Below, piece by piece: positions 12,636-21,157 of a stretch of 64,000 bases of DNA. Within the stretch, counting starts at the first letter, position 1; every line of letters begins with the position of its first letter. The notes under the pieces are model-generated. The model was given only the letters and a program-made list of their open reading frames with translations, had not been told where the DNA came from and made no database searches. A program made the position numbers and the translations under genes. Source of the stretch: an uncultured Verrucomicrobiota bacterium. Lineage in GTDB: Bacteria; Verrucomicrobiota; Kiritimatiellia; PWTM01. The stretch lies in assembly GCA_964610105.1 (NCBI GenBank), contig CAZSUU010000011.1:21394-85393 (forward strand). Direction: 5' to 3'.

Positions 12636-14102
12636 TCACTCCAGCCGGCGCTTGATCTCGGCGGCCGTGGCGGGGCCGATCCCCGGGACGGCCGCGATCT
12701 CCTCCACGCCGGCCCGGCGCACCCGTGCGATGGATCCGAAGCGCTGGAGCAGTTGCCGCTTCCGCTTCTCCCCGATGCCTTCGATGTCGTCCAGCGCCGA
12801 TTCCTGGATGCGGCGCGCGCGCAGCGTGCGGTGGTAGGTGAGGGCGAAACGGTGCGCCTCGTCGCGGATGCGGCGCAGGATCGTCAGGGCCGGCGAGTCG
12901 AGGGGAAGCGACAGCACCGACTCCGCGCCGTCGGGCCCCCGGTGGATTTCCTCGAACCGCTTGGCCAGTCCGGCCGAGGGCAGATGGCCGAGGCCCAGGG
13001 CGCGGAGTTCGGCCCGCGCCGCGCGCAGCTGGGTCACGCCGCCGTCGATCAGCACCAGGTCCGGCGGCTGCCACGCGGGATCGGAGGCGCGGGCAAAGCG
13101 GCGCCGGATCACCTCGGCCATCATCGCGGGGTCATCGCTCGCCGCGACCGTGCGGATGCGGAAGAGCCGGTACCGGTTGCGCCGCGGACGGCCGTCCACG
13201 GCGCAGACGAGGCTGCCGACGGCGAGCGTGCCGCCGATGTTGGAGATGTCGTAGCACTCGATCGCCCGCGGCGGGGCGGCGAGGCCGAGCGCGCGGCCGA
13301 GCTCCTCCAGTCCGCGCTGCGCCTCGCCGGCGGCGATCTGCGGCGTCTTCATCGACCGCAGCGTGCGGCGGACGGCCTCGTGGAGCAGCCCCAGGGTGTC
13401 GCGCAGGGCGGCGGCGCGCTCGAAGTTCATCTCGGAGGACGCGGTCTCCATCGCGCTCCGGATCTCCTTCAGGTACTCGGGCCGCTCGCCGCGCAGGAAG
13501 GCGCACGCCTCGCCGACGCGATGGCGGTAATCCTCGGGGGCGATCCCGCCGAGGCACGGCGCCGAGCAGAACCGCAGGACATCGGCCAGGCAGTGCGTGT
13601 GATCCTCCGGCCCCGGGATGCGCGGCCGGCATCGGCGCAGGCCGAACCGACGCTCGACGAAATCGAGCGCCGCCCGCGCGGCGGCGGAGCTGGCGTAGGG
13701 ACCGAAGTAGAGCGCGCCGTCCTCGCGGCGGATCCGGCAGGTCGTGAACCGCGGGAAGGGGTCGTCCGGATTCACGCGGAGCAGCAGGAAGCGCTTGTCG
13801 TCCTTGAAGTCGATGTTGTACCGCGGCCGGTACTCCTTGATGAACTGCCCCTCGATCAGCACCGCCTCGGCCTCGGTCTTGAGCACGATGAGGTCGAGGT
13901 CGTCGATCGAATGCACGAGGCTCCGCAGTTTCGGCGCCCCGCTCCGCAGGGTGCTGAGGCGGAAGTAGGATCGCACGCGGCTGCGCAGCGAGGCGGCCTT
14001 GCCGACGTAGATCACCCGCCCCGTGCGGTCGCGCATGATGTACACGCCGGGCCGGTCGGGCAGGGCCGCCAGCTTGGCGCGGACCTTGGGGCTGATGTTC
14101 AT
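12636..14102 (-). CDS. uvrC: excinuclease ABC subunit C (short UvrC)
   Basis: N-terminal GIY-YIG (GVYIMRDRTGRVIYVGKAASLRSRVRSYF) and C-terminal helix-hairpin-helix (AAVPGIGPATAAEIKRRL); 488 aa is shorter than E. coli UvrC. Confidence 0.75.
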   Translation of the reverse strand: MNISPKVRAKLAALPDRPGVYIMRDRTGRVIYVGKAASLRSRVRSYFRLSTLRSGAPKLRSLVHSIDDLDLIVLKTEAEAVLIEGQFIKEYRPRYNIDFKDDKRFLLLRVNPDDPFPRFTTCRIRREDGALYFGPYASSAAARAALDFVERRFGLRRCRPRIPGPEDHTHCLADVLRFCSAPCLGGIAPEDYRHRVGEACAFLRGERPEYLKEIRSAMETASSEMNFERAAALRDTLGLLHEAVRRTLRSMKTPQIAAGEAQRGLEELGRALGLAAPPRAIECYDISNIGGTLAVGSLVCAVDGRPRRNRYRLFRIRTVAASDDPAMMAEVIRRRFARASDPAWQPPDLVLIDGGVTQLRAARAELRALGLGHLPSAGLAKRFEEIHRGPDGAESVLSLPLDSPALTILRRIRDEAHRFALTYHRTLRARRIQESALDDIEGIGEKRKRQLLQRFGSIARVRRAGVEEIAAVPGIGPATAAEIKRRLE

Positions 14103-15076
14103 GGCCCCGGCTCCGCCGCCGCCCTCCGGCGGGCGGCCTGCGCCGCGATGGCGATCGACAACGCCCCCGCCGATCCCAGCAGCACGACCGCCGCGGCGAC
14201 CGGAGCCCCGGCCTGCCGGAGGCCGATGGCGAGGGCGCCGAAGAGCAGCATCGATCCGAACAGGCGCCGGAACCCTCCGGCCGATACGTTGAGGGCCGCC
14301 CGCACGCCGAGCCGGATGCCCCCGAGCGCGCCCGCCAGCAGGAGGGCCGCCGCCGCGAAATCCGCGCGGCCGTGCAGGCCGTACCCCACGGCCCCGCTGG
14401 CGCCCGCGAGCGTGATGCAGACCAGGCTCGTGGCCACGGCGCGCACGGGGGCGATGCGGAGGCCGTTGATCATGAACGGCAGCAGCACCACCCCGCCCCC
14501 CACGCCGACCAGACCGGAGAACACCCCGGTGGCCAGACCCACGCCCGCCAGCGGCCAGACGGAGAGCCTTCGTCCTTCATGCACGAGGAGAAGGCGCGGC
14601 GGGAGACGCCAGATCCGCCGCTCGGGGCGCGGCCCGGCGGCCGACGGCGCCGTGCGCGCCACCCCCGCCGGCCGCAACGCCTCGCGGAGCACCCATAGGC
14701 CCATCGCGCTGAGGAACAGGGCGAGGATCGTCTGGAACACGGGCTCGGCCGTTCCGCGGGATTCGAGCAGGATCAGGACCCGCCGACCGATGTCGACGCC
14801 GGCCAGCATCGGGACGCCCATCGCGAGCCCGAGGACAAGGTCGGTCTGTCCCGCGCGCCTGTGCTGGAGCGCGGCCAGCAGCGAACTGCCGGCAATGAAC
14901 ACCATGCCCGTGCCCACCGCGTCCGCGGCGGGCATGCCGAGAAGATAGAGCGCCGGCGTCACCACCCAGCCGCCGCCGACTCCGAAGAACGCGCCGAGCT
15001 GGCCGCTGATGATTCCGATCAGCAGCAGGAGGATCACCACGGCTGCGGCCGGCAGCCCGAACGCGTCGAATTGCAT
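14099..15076 (-). CDS. TauE/SafE (DUF81) family sulfite/anion exporter membrane protein
   Basis: Polytopic membrane protein with duplicated GxGGG motifs (FFGVGGGWVVTP, LVGVGGGVVLLP); start overlaps uvrC stop (ATGA). Confidence 0.8.
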   Translation of the reverse strand: MQFDAFGLPAAAVVILLLLIGIISGQLGAFFGVGGGWVVTPALYLLGMPAADAVGTGMVFIAGSSLLAALQHRRAGQTDLVLGLAMGVPMLAGVDIGRRVLILLESRGTAEPVFQTILALFLSAMGLWVLREALRPAGVARTAPSAAGPRPERRIWRLPPRLLLVHEGRRLSVWPLAGVGLATGVFSGLVGVGGGVVLLPFMINGLRIAPVRAVATSLVCITLAGASGAVGYGLHGRADFAAAALLLAGALGGIRLGVRAALNVSAGGFRRLFGSMLLFGALAIGLRQAGAPVAAAVVLLGSAGALSIAIAAQAARRRAAAEPGP

Positions 15077-15106
15077 GCGGCCATCCTAGCAGCCCGATCG
15101 CCAACT

Positions 15107-15192
15107 CTGAACACCGAACACCGAACACTGAACACTGAACACTGAACACTGAACACCGAACACTGAACACCGAACCCTGAACACCGAACCCC
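15107..15192. repeat. heptanucleotide tandem repeat (YGAACAC)x12
   Basis: ctgaaca/ccgaaca units repeated ~12 times, 31 bp upstream of the TauE start (minus) and ~150 bp upstream of the DUF1343 start (plus). Confidence 0.9.
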
Positions 15193-15343
15193 TCCTCGGA
15201 CTCGGGATTTCAAACTGCGAGCTTCAAATCCGGGCGCGCGCGCGTGTACGCTGTGCGGAGCCGCTGGACATCGGGGCCCGCCGGCGAGACGGTTCCGAAC
15301 ACCGGACGGGTGTGACCTCCCGCGGTCCGGGCATTGGAAGCGC

Positions 15344-16492
15344 ATGTCGGTCCGCGCATTCACGACGGGGTTCGAGAACCTGCTCAGCCGCCACGGCGGC
15401 TGGCTGCGGGGCGCCCGGGTCGCGCTGGTCGCGCACGGCGCGAGCGTCAACCGCGGCGGGCGGCACTCGGCGGAGCTGCTGCGCGCGGCGGTCGGACGCC
15501 GTCTGACCTGCCTTCTCGCCCCCGAACACGGCTTTGCCGGGTCCGCCCCGGCGGGCGAACACGTGGGCCATGCGGTTCATCCGGGATGGGGCATTCCGGT
15601 CTTCTCGCTCTACGGCGCCACGCGGCGACCGACCCCCGGGATGCTCGCGCGGGCCGACGTGGTGGTCTTCGACCTCCAGGACATCGGCGTGCGCTGCTAC
15701 ACCTATGTCTCGACGCTGCGGCGGGTGATGGAAGCCTGCGCGGAGGCCGGGCGCCCGCTGATCGTGGCCGACCGTCCCGTCCCGCACGCCGCCGCGGCGG
15801 ACGGGCCGATGCTGAACCCGCGTTTCGCGAGTTTCGTGGGCGACATCCCGGCGCCGTGGGTGTACGGGCTGACGCCCGGCGAAACAGCGCGGTGGCTGGC
15901 CCACGAGCTGGGCCTCGGGCTCGACCTGCGCGTCGCGGCGGCGGGCGGATGGCGTCGGGACGGCCGCATGCCGCGCGGATGGCCTGCGGTCCCTCCCTCG
16001 CCGTCCCTCCGCACCCTCGCCTCCGCGCGCGGGTATCCGGCGACCGTGTGCACCGAGGCCCTGCCCGCGCTGGACTGCGACCGGGGCGGCGCGCTCTCCT
16101 TCCGGGTGCTCGGCGCGCCCGGGATGGACGCCGGCGCCGTTGCGGCGAGGGCGCGACAGACGACGGACGAAGGGGTTCGGCTCCGGCCGTGCAGCTACGC
16201 CCGGGCCGGCGTGCGGATGCAGGGGGTGCGCCTGGAGGTGTGCGACCCGTTGCGGTTTCGCCCGGCGGCGCTGGGCGTGGCGCTGCTGGCCGCGGTTCGG
16301 GATGTCCACGGGGATGAATTCCTCTGGCGCGCACCGGGCGCGCGGCCGGCCTTCTTCGACCGGCTGGCAGGGACCTCCACCCTGCGCCGGGCCCTTCAGC
16401 GCGGGGTCGGCGCGGCCCGCATCGTGGGCCGCTGGGAACAGGGGTTACGGGCCTTCGAGCGGCGGTGCGCGCCGTTCCGCCTCTACGATTGA
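15344..16492 (+). CDS. DUF1343 family protein (NamZ/YzbB-like exo-muramidase family)
   Basis: VALVAHGASV, HGF, VVVFDLQDIGVRCYTYVSTL characteristic of DUF1343. Confidence 0.65.
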   Translation: MSVRAFTTGFENLLSRHGGWLRGARVALVAHGASVNRGGRHSAELLRAAVGRRLTCLLAPEHGFAGSAPAGEHVGHAVHPGWGIPVFSLYGATRRPTPGMLARADVVVFDLQDIGVRCYTYVSTLRRVMEACAEAGRPLIVADRPVPHAAAADGPMLNPRFASFVGDIPAPWVYGLTPGETARWLAHELGLGLDLRVAAAGGWRRDGRMPRGWPAVPPSPSLRTLASARGYPATVCTEALPALDCDRGGALSFRVLGAPGMDAGAVAARARQTTDEGVRLRPCSYARAGVRMQGVRLEVCDPLRFRPAALGVALLAAVRDVHGDEFLWRAPGARPAFFDRLAGTSTLRRALQRGVGAARIVGRWEQGLRAFERRCAPFRLYD

Positions 16493-17649
16493 GGCGTCGC
16501 CGGGGCGGGCGCGGCCTTGCGCCCGACGGACCACTCGCGCATGACGCAGTATCCCACGGCCAAGAGGGTGGGACCGATGAAGACCCCGATGAAGCCGAAC
16601 GCGAAAATGCCGCCGATCGCCCCGAGCAGCACGAGGACGAACGGCAGCTTCGCGCCGCGGCTCGTCAGCCAGGGTTTGAGAAAATTGTCCACCGTGCTCA
16701 CCAGCAGGCCGCCCCACAGGAGGATGAAGATGCCGCGGCCGGTGTGACCGGTCGAGAACAGCCACAGCGCGGACGGCAGCCACACGACCACCGCGCCCAC
16801 CGGCACCAGCGAAACGAAGAAGGTCAGCAGGCCCAGCAACAGGGCCGAGGGCATGCCGACGATGAGAAAGCCGATGCCGGCCACGACGCCCTGCACGAGC
16901 GCGGTGCCGAGAACCCCGTGGACCGTCCCCCGGATCGTGCTTCCGGTGATCTCCAGCAGCCGCTGGGTGCGTTCGCCGGCCACGCGGTCGCAGACGTCGG
17001 AGAATTCCTTCCCGACCACTTCGCCGTGGACGAAGAAGAGGAACGCGATCAGGAGGCTCAGCACGAGCTGCAGCAGCCCCTTCGTGAGCGCCAGTCCCTG
17101 CTGCAGGATCCAGCTCGAATTGCGCACCGCGAGGTCCCGCAGGGCGATGAAGATCTTGTCCGCGTTGGCCGTCCAGTCCGACCAGCGCTCCGACACCAGC
17201 TTCCCCAGCAGCGGGAGGCGGACCAGCCACTCGGGCGGCGGATGCGCGGGATCGCTCGCCATGGCCTGGGTCCACTTCACGCCCTCCGATACGCCCTCGG
17301 CGAGGTTGGCGGTGACGACGGCCAGCGGAAACACGAGCGTGAGGGTGAACAGCAGGATCATCACGATGGCCGCGGTCACGCGGCGGCCCCCCAGCCGGTC
17401 GCGGATGCGCCGGTACACCGGCCACGAGGCGTAGCAGAGGATGGCCGCCCACAGGATCGGGGCGATGAAGGGGCGCAGGATCATCAGGCAGGCGACGACC
17501 AGCAGCACGACGGCGGCGATCTTGACCAGCAGCTCAATCGGGACCGGCTGACGCGCACCGGGCCTGGAGGACGAAGACGCCGTGGCGGAAGACGGGTCGG
17601 TTCTCTCGCTCATGCCGCCCATGATCGTCCAGCCGGGGCCTGTTGCCAA
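16483..17649 (-). CDS. AI-2E family transporter (PerM/YhhT, UPF0118)
   Basis: Polytopic membrane protein with AI-2E-type sequence; convergent overlap with the DUF1343 3' end; exact start among several Met codons uncertain. Confidence 0.75.
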   Translation of the reverse strand: MATGPGWTIMGGMSERTDPSSATASSSSRPGARQPVPIELLVKIAAVVLLVVACLMILRPFIAPILWAAILCYASWPVYRRIRDRLGGRRVTAAIVMILLFTLTLVFPLAVVTANLAEGVSEGVKWTQAMASDPAHPPPEWLVRLPLLGKLVSERWSDWTANADKIFIALRDLAVRNSSWILQQGLALTKGLLQLVLSLLIAFLFFVHGEVVGKEFSDVCDRVAGERTQRLLEITGSTIRGTVHGVLGTALVQGVVAGIGFLIVGMPSALLLGLLTFFVSLVPVGAVVVWLPSALWLFSTGHTGRGIFILLWGGLLVSTVDNFLKPWLTSRGAKLPFVLVLLGAIGGIFAFGFIGVFIGPTLLAVGYCVMREWSVGRKAAPAPATPQS

Positions 17650-17753
17650 GTCCTTCCGCGCTTCCGTTACAATTCGGCCATTGTGCTATCCGTTATTCCT
17701 ATGTAGTATCAGCGTACGCGAGTCCGGTTCAATGCCTCGATGGCGGGGAACCT

Positions 17754-18830
17754 ATGTACGAGGGCGACAAGACCATACGCATCTATCTCCGCGAGATCGG
17801 GGAAGTGAAGCTGCTGAGCCCGCGGGAGGAGATCGATCTGGCGGCGCGGATCAAGCGCGGCGACGAAAGCGCGCGCCAGTTGATGATCCGCGCCAACCTG
17901 CGCCTCGTCGTCAAGATCGCCCAGGACTATGCGCGCTACGGCCTGCCCCTCCTCGACCTGATCTCCGAGGGCAATATCGGCCTGATGAAGGCGGTGGGGC
18001 GGTTCGATCCGAAGAAGGGCGGGAAGCTCAGCACCTATGCGGCGTGGTGGATCAAGCAGGCGATCAAGCGCGCCCTCGCCAACCAGAGCAAGACGATCCG
18101 CCTGCCCGCCCACCTCGTCGACAAGATCGCCCGCATGCGCAGGACCGAGCGCAAGCTGACCGAGGATCTCGGCCGGGAGCCGACCGAGGAGGAGCTGGCG
18201 GTCGAGATGAACGTCGAGCGGTCCACCATCAGCCACTGGACCACCGTGGCCATCAAGCCGGCCTCGCTCGACGCCCCGATCAGCGACGATGAGAGCGGGA
18301 CGTTCAGCGAGATCGTAGGCGACGACCGGGCGCGGTCACCGTTCGAGGAGATCAACGACCGCCAGTTGATGGAGGAAGTGAAATCGCTGATGGACCGCCT
18401 CGACTACCGCGAGCGGGAGATTCTCAAGTACCGGTATGGTCTGCAGGGGGCGGCGACGGAAACGCTGGAGGATGTCGGCGTGCGGTTCAACGTCACGCGC
18501 GAACGGGTCCGCCAGATCCAGAACCAGGCGCTGGCACGGCTCCGGCAGATGCTGGAGGAGACGGGTCCCCGGCCGGAGATCGCGAATCGGGGGCTGTTCG
18601 AAGAGGACATTGCGGCCTTGCGCGACACCGAGGACGCGCGCGGCACGGCGACGGCCGGCTCTTCTCCGGCGTCCGCTTCCGCGCGCGTGGCGGGGAAGCC
18701 CCGGGGCCGGAAGGCCGCAGTGGCGGCCGGCAAGCCGGGACGTCCGCGGTCCCCCGCCGCCAGACGGAAGAAGCCGGCCTCGCGACCGCCGGGGAGACGA
18801 CCGAAGAAGAAAAAGGGCGGCAGGACGTGA
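17754..18830 (+). CDS. RNA polymerase sigma-70 family factor (RpoD-like, no region 1.1) with ~90-aa basic C-terminal tail
   Basis: Regions 1.2-4: IRIYLREIGEVKLL, DLISEGNIGLMKAVGRFD, YAAWWIKQAI, VGVRFNVTRERVRQIQNQALARLR; the tail is K/R/P-rich (GKPRGRKAAVAAGKPGRPRSPAARRKKPASRPPGRRPKKKKGGRT). Start MYEGDKT inside ORF 17643..18830. Confidence 0.8.
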   Translation: MYEGDKTIRIYLREIGEVKLLSPREEIDLAARIKRGDESARQLMIRANLRLVVKIAQDYARYGLPLLDLISEGNIGLMKAVGRFDPKKGGKLSTYAAWWIKQAIKRALANQSKTIRLPAHLVDKIARMRRTERKLTEDLGREPTEEELAVEMNVERSTISHWTTVAIKPASLDAPISDDESGTFSEIVGDDRARSPFEEINDRQLMEEVKSLMDRLDYREREILKYRYGLQGAATETLEDVGVRFNVTRERVRQIQNQALARLRQMLEETGPRPEIANRGLFEEDIAALRDTEDARGTATAGSSPASASARVAGKPRGRKAAVAAGKPGRPRSPAARRKKPASRPPGRRPKKKKGGRT

Positions 18831-19354
18831 GCATCGGCCGGATCACGCAGGCCATCCGCGATGTGCCCGACTTCCCCCGCGCGGGGATCGTCTTCAAGGA
18901 TCTGACGCCCGTGTTTCGCGATCCGGCGCTGTTCCGCGCCGCCGTGGCCCTGTTCTCCGACCGGCACGCGGGACACCGCATCGCCTACGTGGCGGCGATC
19001 GAGGCAAGGGGATTCCTGCTGGGGGGCGCCATCGCGGATCGCCTCGGCGCCGGCCTGGTGCCGATCCGGAAGAAGGGCAAGCTGCCTTGGCGCACGCTGG
19101 AGGCTTCTTACGAGCTCGAATACGGATCGGCCACCATCGCGGTGCACGAGGACGCCATCCCGCGCGGGGCGCGCGTGCTGCTCGTCGACGACCTGCTGGC
19201 CACCGGCGGGACCGCGGCCGCGGCGGCCGGGCTGATCGGACAACTGGGAGGCGACCTGGTCGAGATCGATTTCCTGGTCGAACTCGCCTTCCTCAACGGC
19301 CGGGCGAACCTCGCCGGCCACCCCGTGTTCGCCCCCGTGGTGTTTTCCGCCTGA
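18827..19354 (+). CDS. apt: adenine phosphoribosyltransferase
   Basis: PRTase motif VLLVDDLLATGGTAAAA; 175 aa; start overlaps the sigma-factor stop. Confidence 0.9.
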   Translation: MSIGRITQAIRDVPDFPRAGIVFKDLTPVFRDPALFRAAVALFSDRHAGHRIAYVAAIEARGFLLGGAIADRLGAGLVPIRKKGKLPWRTLEASYELEYGSATIAVHEDAIPRGARVLLVDDLLATGGTAAAAAGLIGQLGGDLVEIDFLVELAFLNGRANLAGHPVFAPVVFSA

Positions 19355-19510
19355 ACGGGGAGCGCCGATTCCCAGGGTGTCGCGCCGGACTCGCGGGATC
19401 ATCTCCCCATGGGGAAGGCGGAGGCGCCTTGCTTCGCCGAAGGCTGCGCACGGCAGACGGCGAGGCCTTGACGGCGGGAGGATCGGGCGCATAATGCGAT
19501 CGTATATGTC

Positions 19511-19596
19511 GCTGGGGGAGCCCCGGGTGCGGGGCTGAGATCCGCCGTCGGGCGGAAACCCCTCGAACCTGTTTGGGTCATTCCAGCGAAGGGAAA
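19511..19596 (+). ncRNA. TPP (THI-box) riboswitch
   Basis: CUGAGA ... ACCCcuCGAACCUGuuuGGgucAUuCCAGCGaAGGGAA matches the THI-element consensus; located ~100 nt upstream of thiC. Confidence 0.8.
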
Positions 19597-19693
19597 GCGG
19601 CACGCGGGCGACCGCCGCCACGTCCGGAACGGAATGGCGGCGTTGGTTTTCGCCGGCATCCTCCCCGCTGACCGACCCCGAGGAACGCATATC

Positions 19694-21004
19694 ATGAATC
19701 ATTCGACGCAGATACGGGCCGCCCGCGCGGGGGGGACCACCGCGGCCATGCGCGCGGTGGCAGCGGACGAGGGATGTCCGGCGGAGTGGGTGCGCGACGG
19801 CGTGGCCCGGGGTCGGATCGTGATCCCGGCGAACGTGCACCGCCGGAACGTGCGCGCGATCGGCATCGGGCGCGACCTGCGAACGAAGGTAAACGCCAAC
19901 ATCGGCAACTCCGCACTGGCCGGAACGCCCGGCGACGAGCTGGAGAAGCTCGACTGCGCGGTGCGGCACGGAACCGACACGGTGATGGACCTCAGCACCG
20001 GCCCGTGCGCCGACGAGATACGGAAGGCCATCCTGGAGCGCTGCCCGGTGCCCGTGGGGACGGTGCCGATCTACCAGGCCGCGGCGCAGGTCGCCGAGCC
20101 CTCCGCCCTCACGCTCGACCTGCTTCTGCAGGTCATCGTGACCCAGGCGGAACAGGGAGTGGACTACATGACCCTGCACGCCGGTCTCCGCCGGGAACAC
20201 CTCGGCGCCGTGCGCCGCCGGCTGGCCGGCATTGTCAGCCGGGGCGGCGCGCTGCTCGCCGCGTGGATGGCGCACCACGGCCGCGAGAATCCGCTCTTCG
20301 AACATTTCGGCGAGGTCCTGGCGATCTGCCGCGAGCACGATGTGACGATATCGCTGGGCGACGGTCTGCGGCCGGGGTGCCTGGCCGACGGATCGGACGA
20401 GGCGCAGATGGCGGAGCTGCACACGCTGGGGGACCTGGTCCGGCGCTGCCGCGAGGCGGGCGTGCAGGCGATGGTCGAGGGGCCGGGCCATCTGCCGCTG
20501 GACCAGATCGAACGGAACATGCGCGCCGAGGAGGAGGAATGCGACGGGGCGCCGTTCTACGTGCTCGGCCCCGTGGTCACGGACTGTGCGCCCGGATACG
20601 ATCATATCACCTCCGCCATCGGCGGCGCGTGGGCGGCCTTCCACGGCGCGGCGATGCTCTGCTACGTCACCCCCATGGAGCACCTCGGCCTGCCGCGCCT
20701 CAACGATGTGCGCGAAGGCGTCATCGCGGCGCGCATCGCCGCTCATGCCGCGGACGTCGCGCGGGGACGGCCCGGGGCGCGCCGGCGGGACGATGCGATG
20801 TCGGCGGCGCGGGCGCGGCTGGACTGGGAGGGGCAGTTCGATCTGGCGCTGGATCCCGAGCGCGCGCGGGAATGGCGGACGGCGGACGCGCCGAAGTGCG
20901 GGCGCGGGGAGACCGGGGCGGAACCCGCCGCCTGCACCATGTGCGGTCCCCAGTTCTGCCCCTTCCGCATCAGCGCGGCATTGAAGGATCCCGATCCGCG
21001 CTGA
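19694..21004 (+). CDS. thiC: phosphomethylpyrimidine synthase ThiC
   Basis: VNANIGNS, TVMDLSTG, DYMTLHAG, ISLGDGLRPG, MVEGPGH, FYVLGPVVTD, LCYVTPMEHLGLP, C-terminal CTMCGPQFC cluster. Confidence 0.9.
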   Translation: MNHSTQIRAARAGGTTAAMRAVAADEGCPAEWVRDGVARGRIVIPANVHRRNVRAIGIGRDLRTKVNANIGNSALAGTPGDELEKLDCAVRHGTDTVMDLSTGPCADEIRKAILERCPVPVGTVPIYQAAAQVAEPSALTLDLLLQVIVTQAEQGVDYMTLHAGLRREHLGAVRRRLAGIVSRGGALLAAWMAHHGRENPLFEHFGEVLAICREHDVTISLGDGLRPGCLADGSDEAQMAELHTLGDLVRRCREAGVQAMVEGPGHLPLDQIERNMRAEEEECDGAPFYVLGPVVTDCAPGYDHITSAIGGAWAAFHGAAMLCYVTPMEHLGLPRLNDVREGVIAARIAAHAADVARGRPGARRRDDAMSAARARLDWEGQFDLALDPERAREWRTADAPKCGRGETGAEPAACTMCGPQFCPFRISAALKDPDPR

Positions 21005-21008
21005 GCCC

Positions 21009-21040
21009 AAGGCGGCGAGCCGCAATCCGACGGCCGGAGT
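21009..21040 (+). repeat. partial copy E of the repeat family (5' block only)
   Basis: aaggcggcgagccgcaatccgacggcc immediately after the thiC stop; matches the first ~30 bp of copies A/B. Confidence 0.4.
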
Positions 21041-21049
21041 CATAGGAAC

Positions 21050-21100
21050 GGTCCGCGAGGCCGCGGACCCTCCCGCGCGATTCATCGCGCGCCGTTTCTT
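21050..21100. terminator. two GC-rich hairpins between convergent thiC and site-2 protease genes (putative bidirectional terminator)
   Basis: ggtccgcg-aggc-cgcggacc (8-bp stem) and cgcgcgat-tc-atcgcgcg followed by gtttctt. Confidence 0.3.
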
Positions 21101-21157
21101 CGGGAGGGACGGCGGCCCCGCCGCCGGAGTCGGATCGCGCCATGGGAGAAACCTGTC

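Noticed and set aside
15107-15192. Possible CRISPR array.
   Set aside because: The 7-bp units repeat with no spacers and no cas genes nearby, so it is a simple microsatellite-like tandem repeat.
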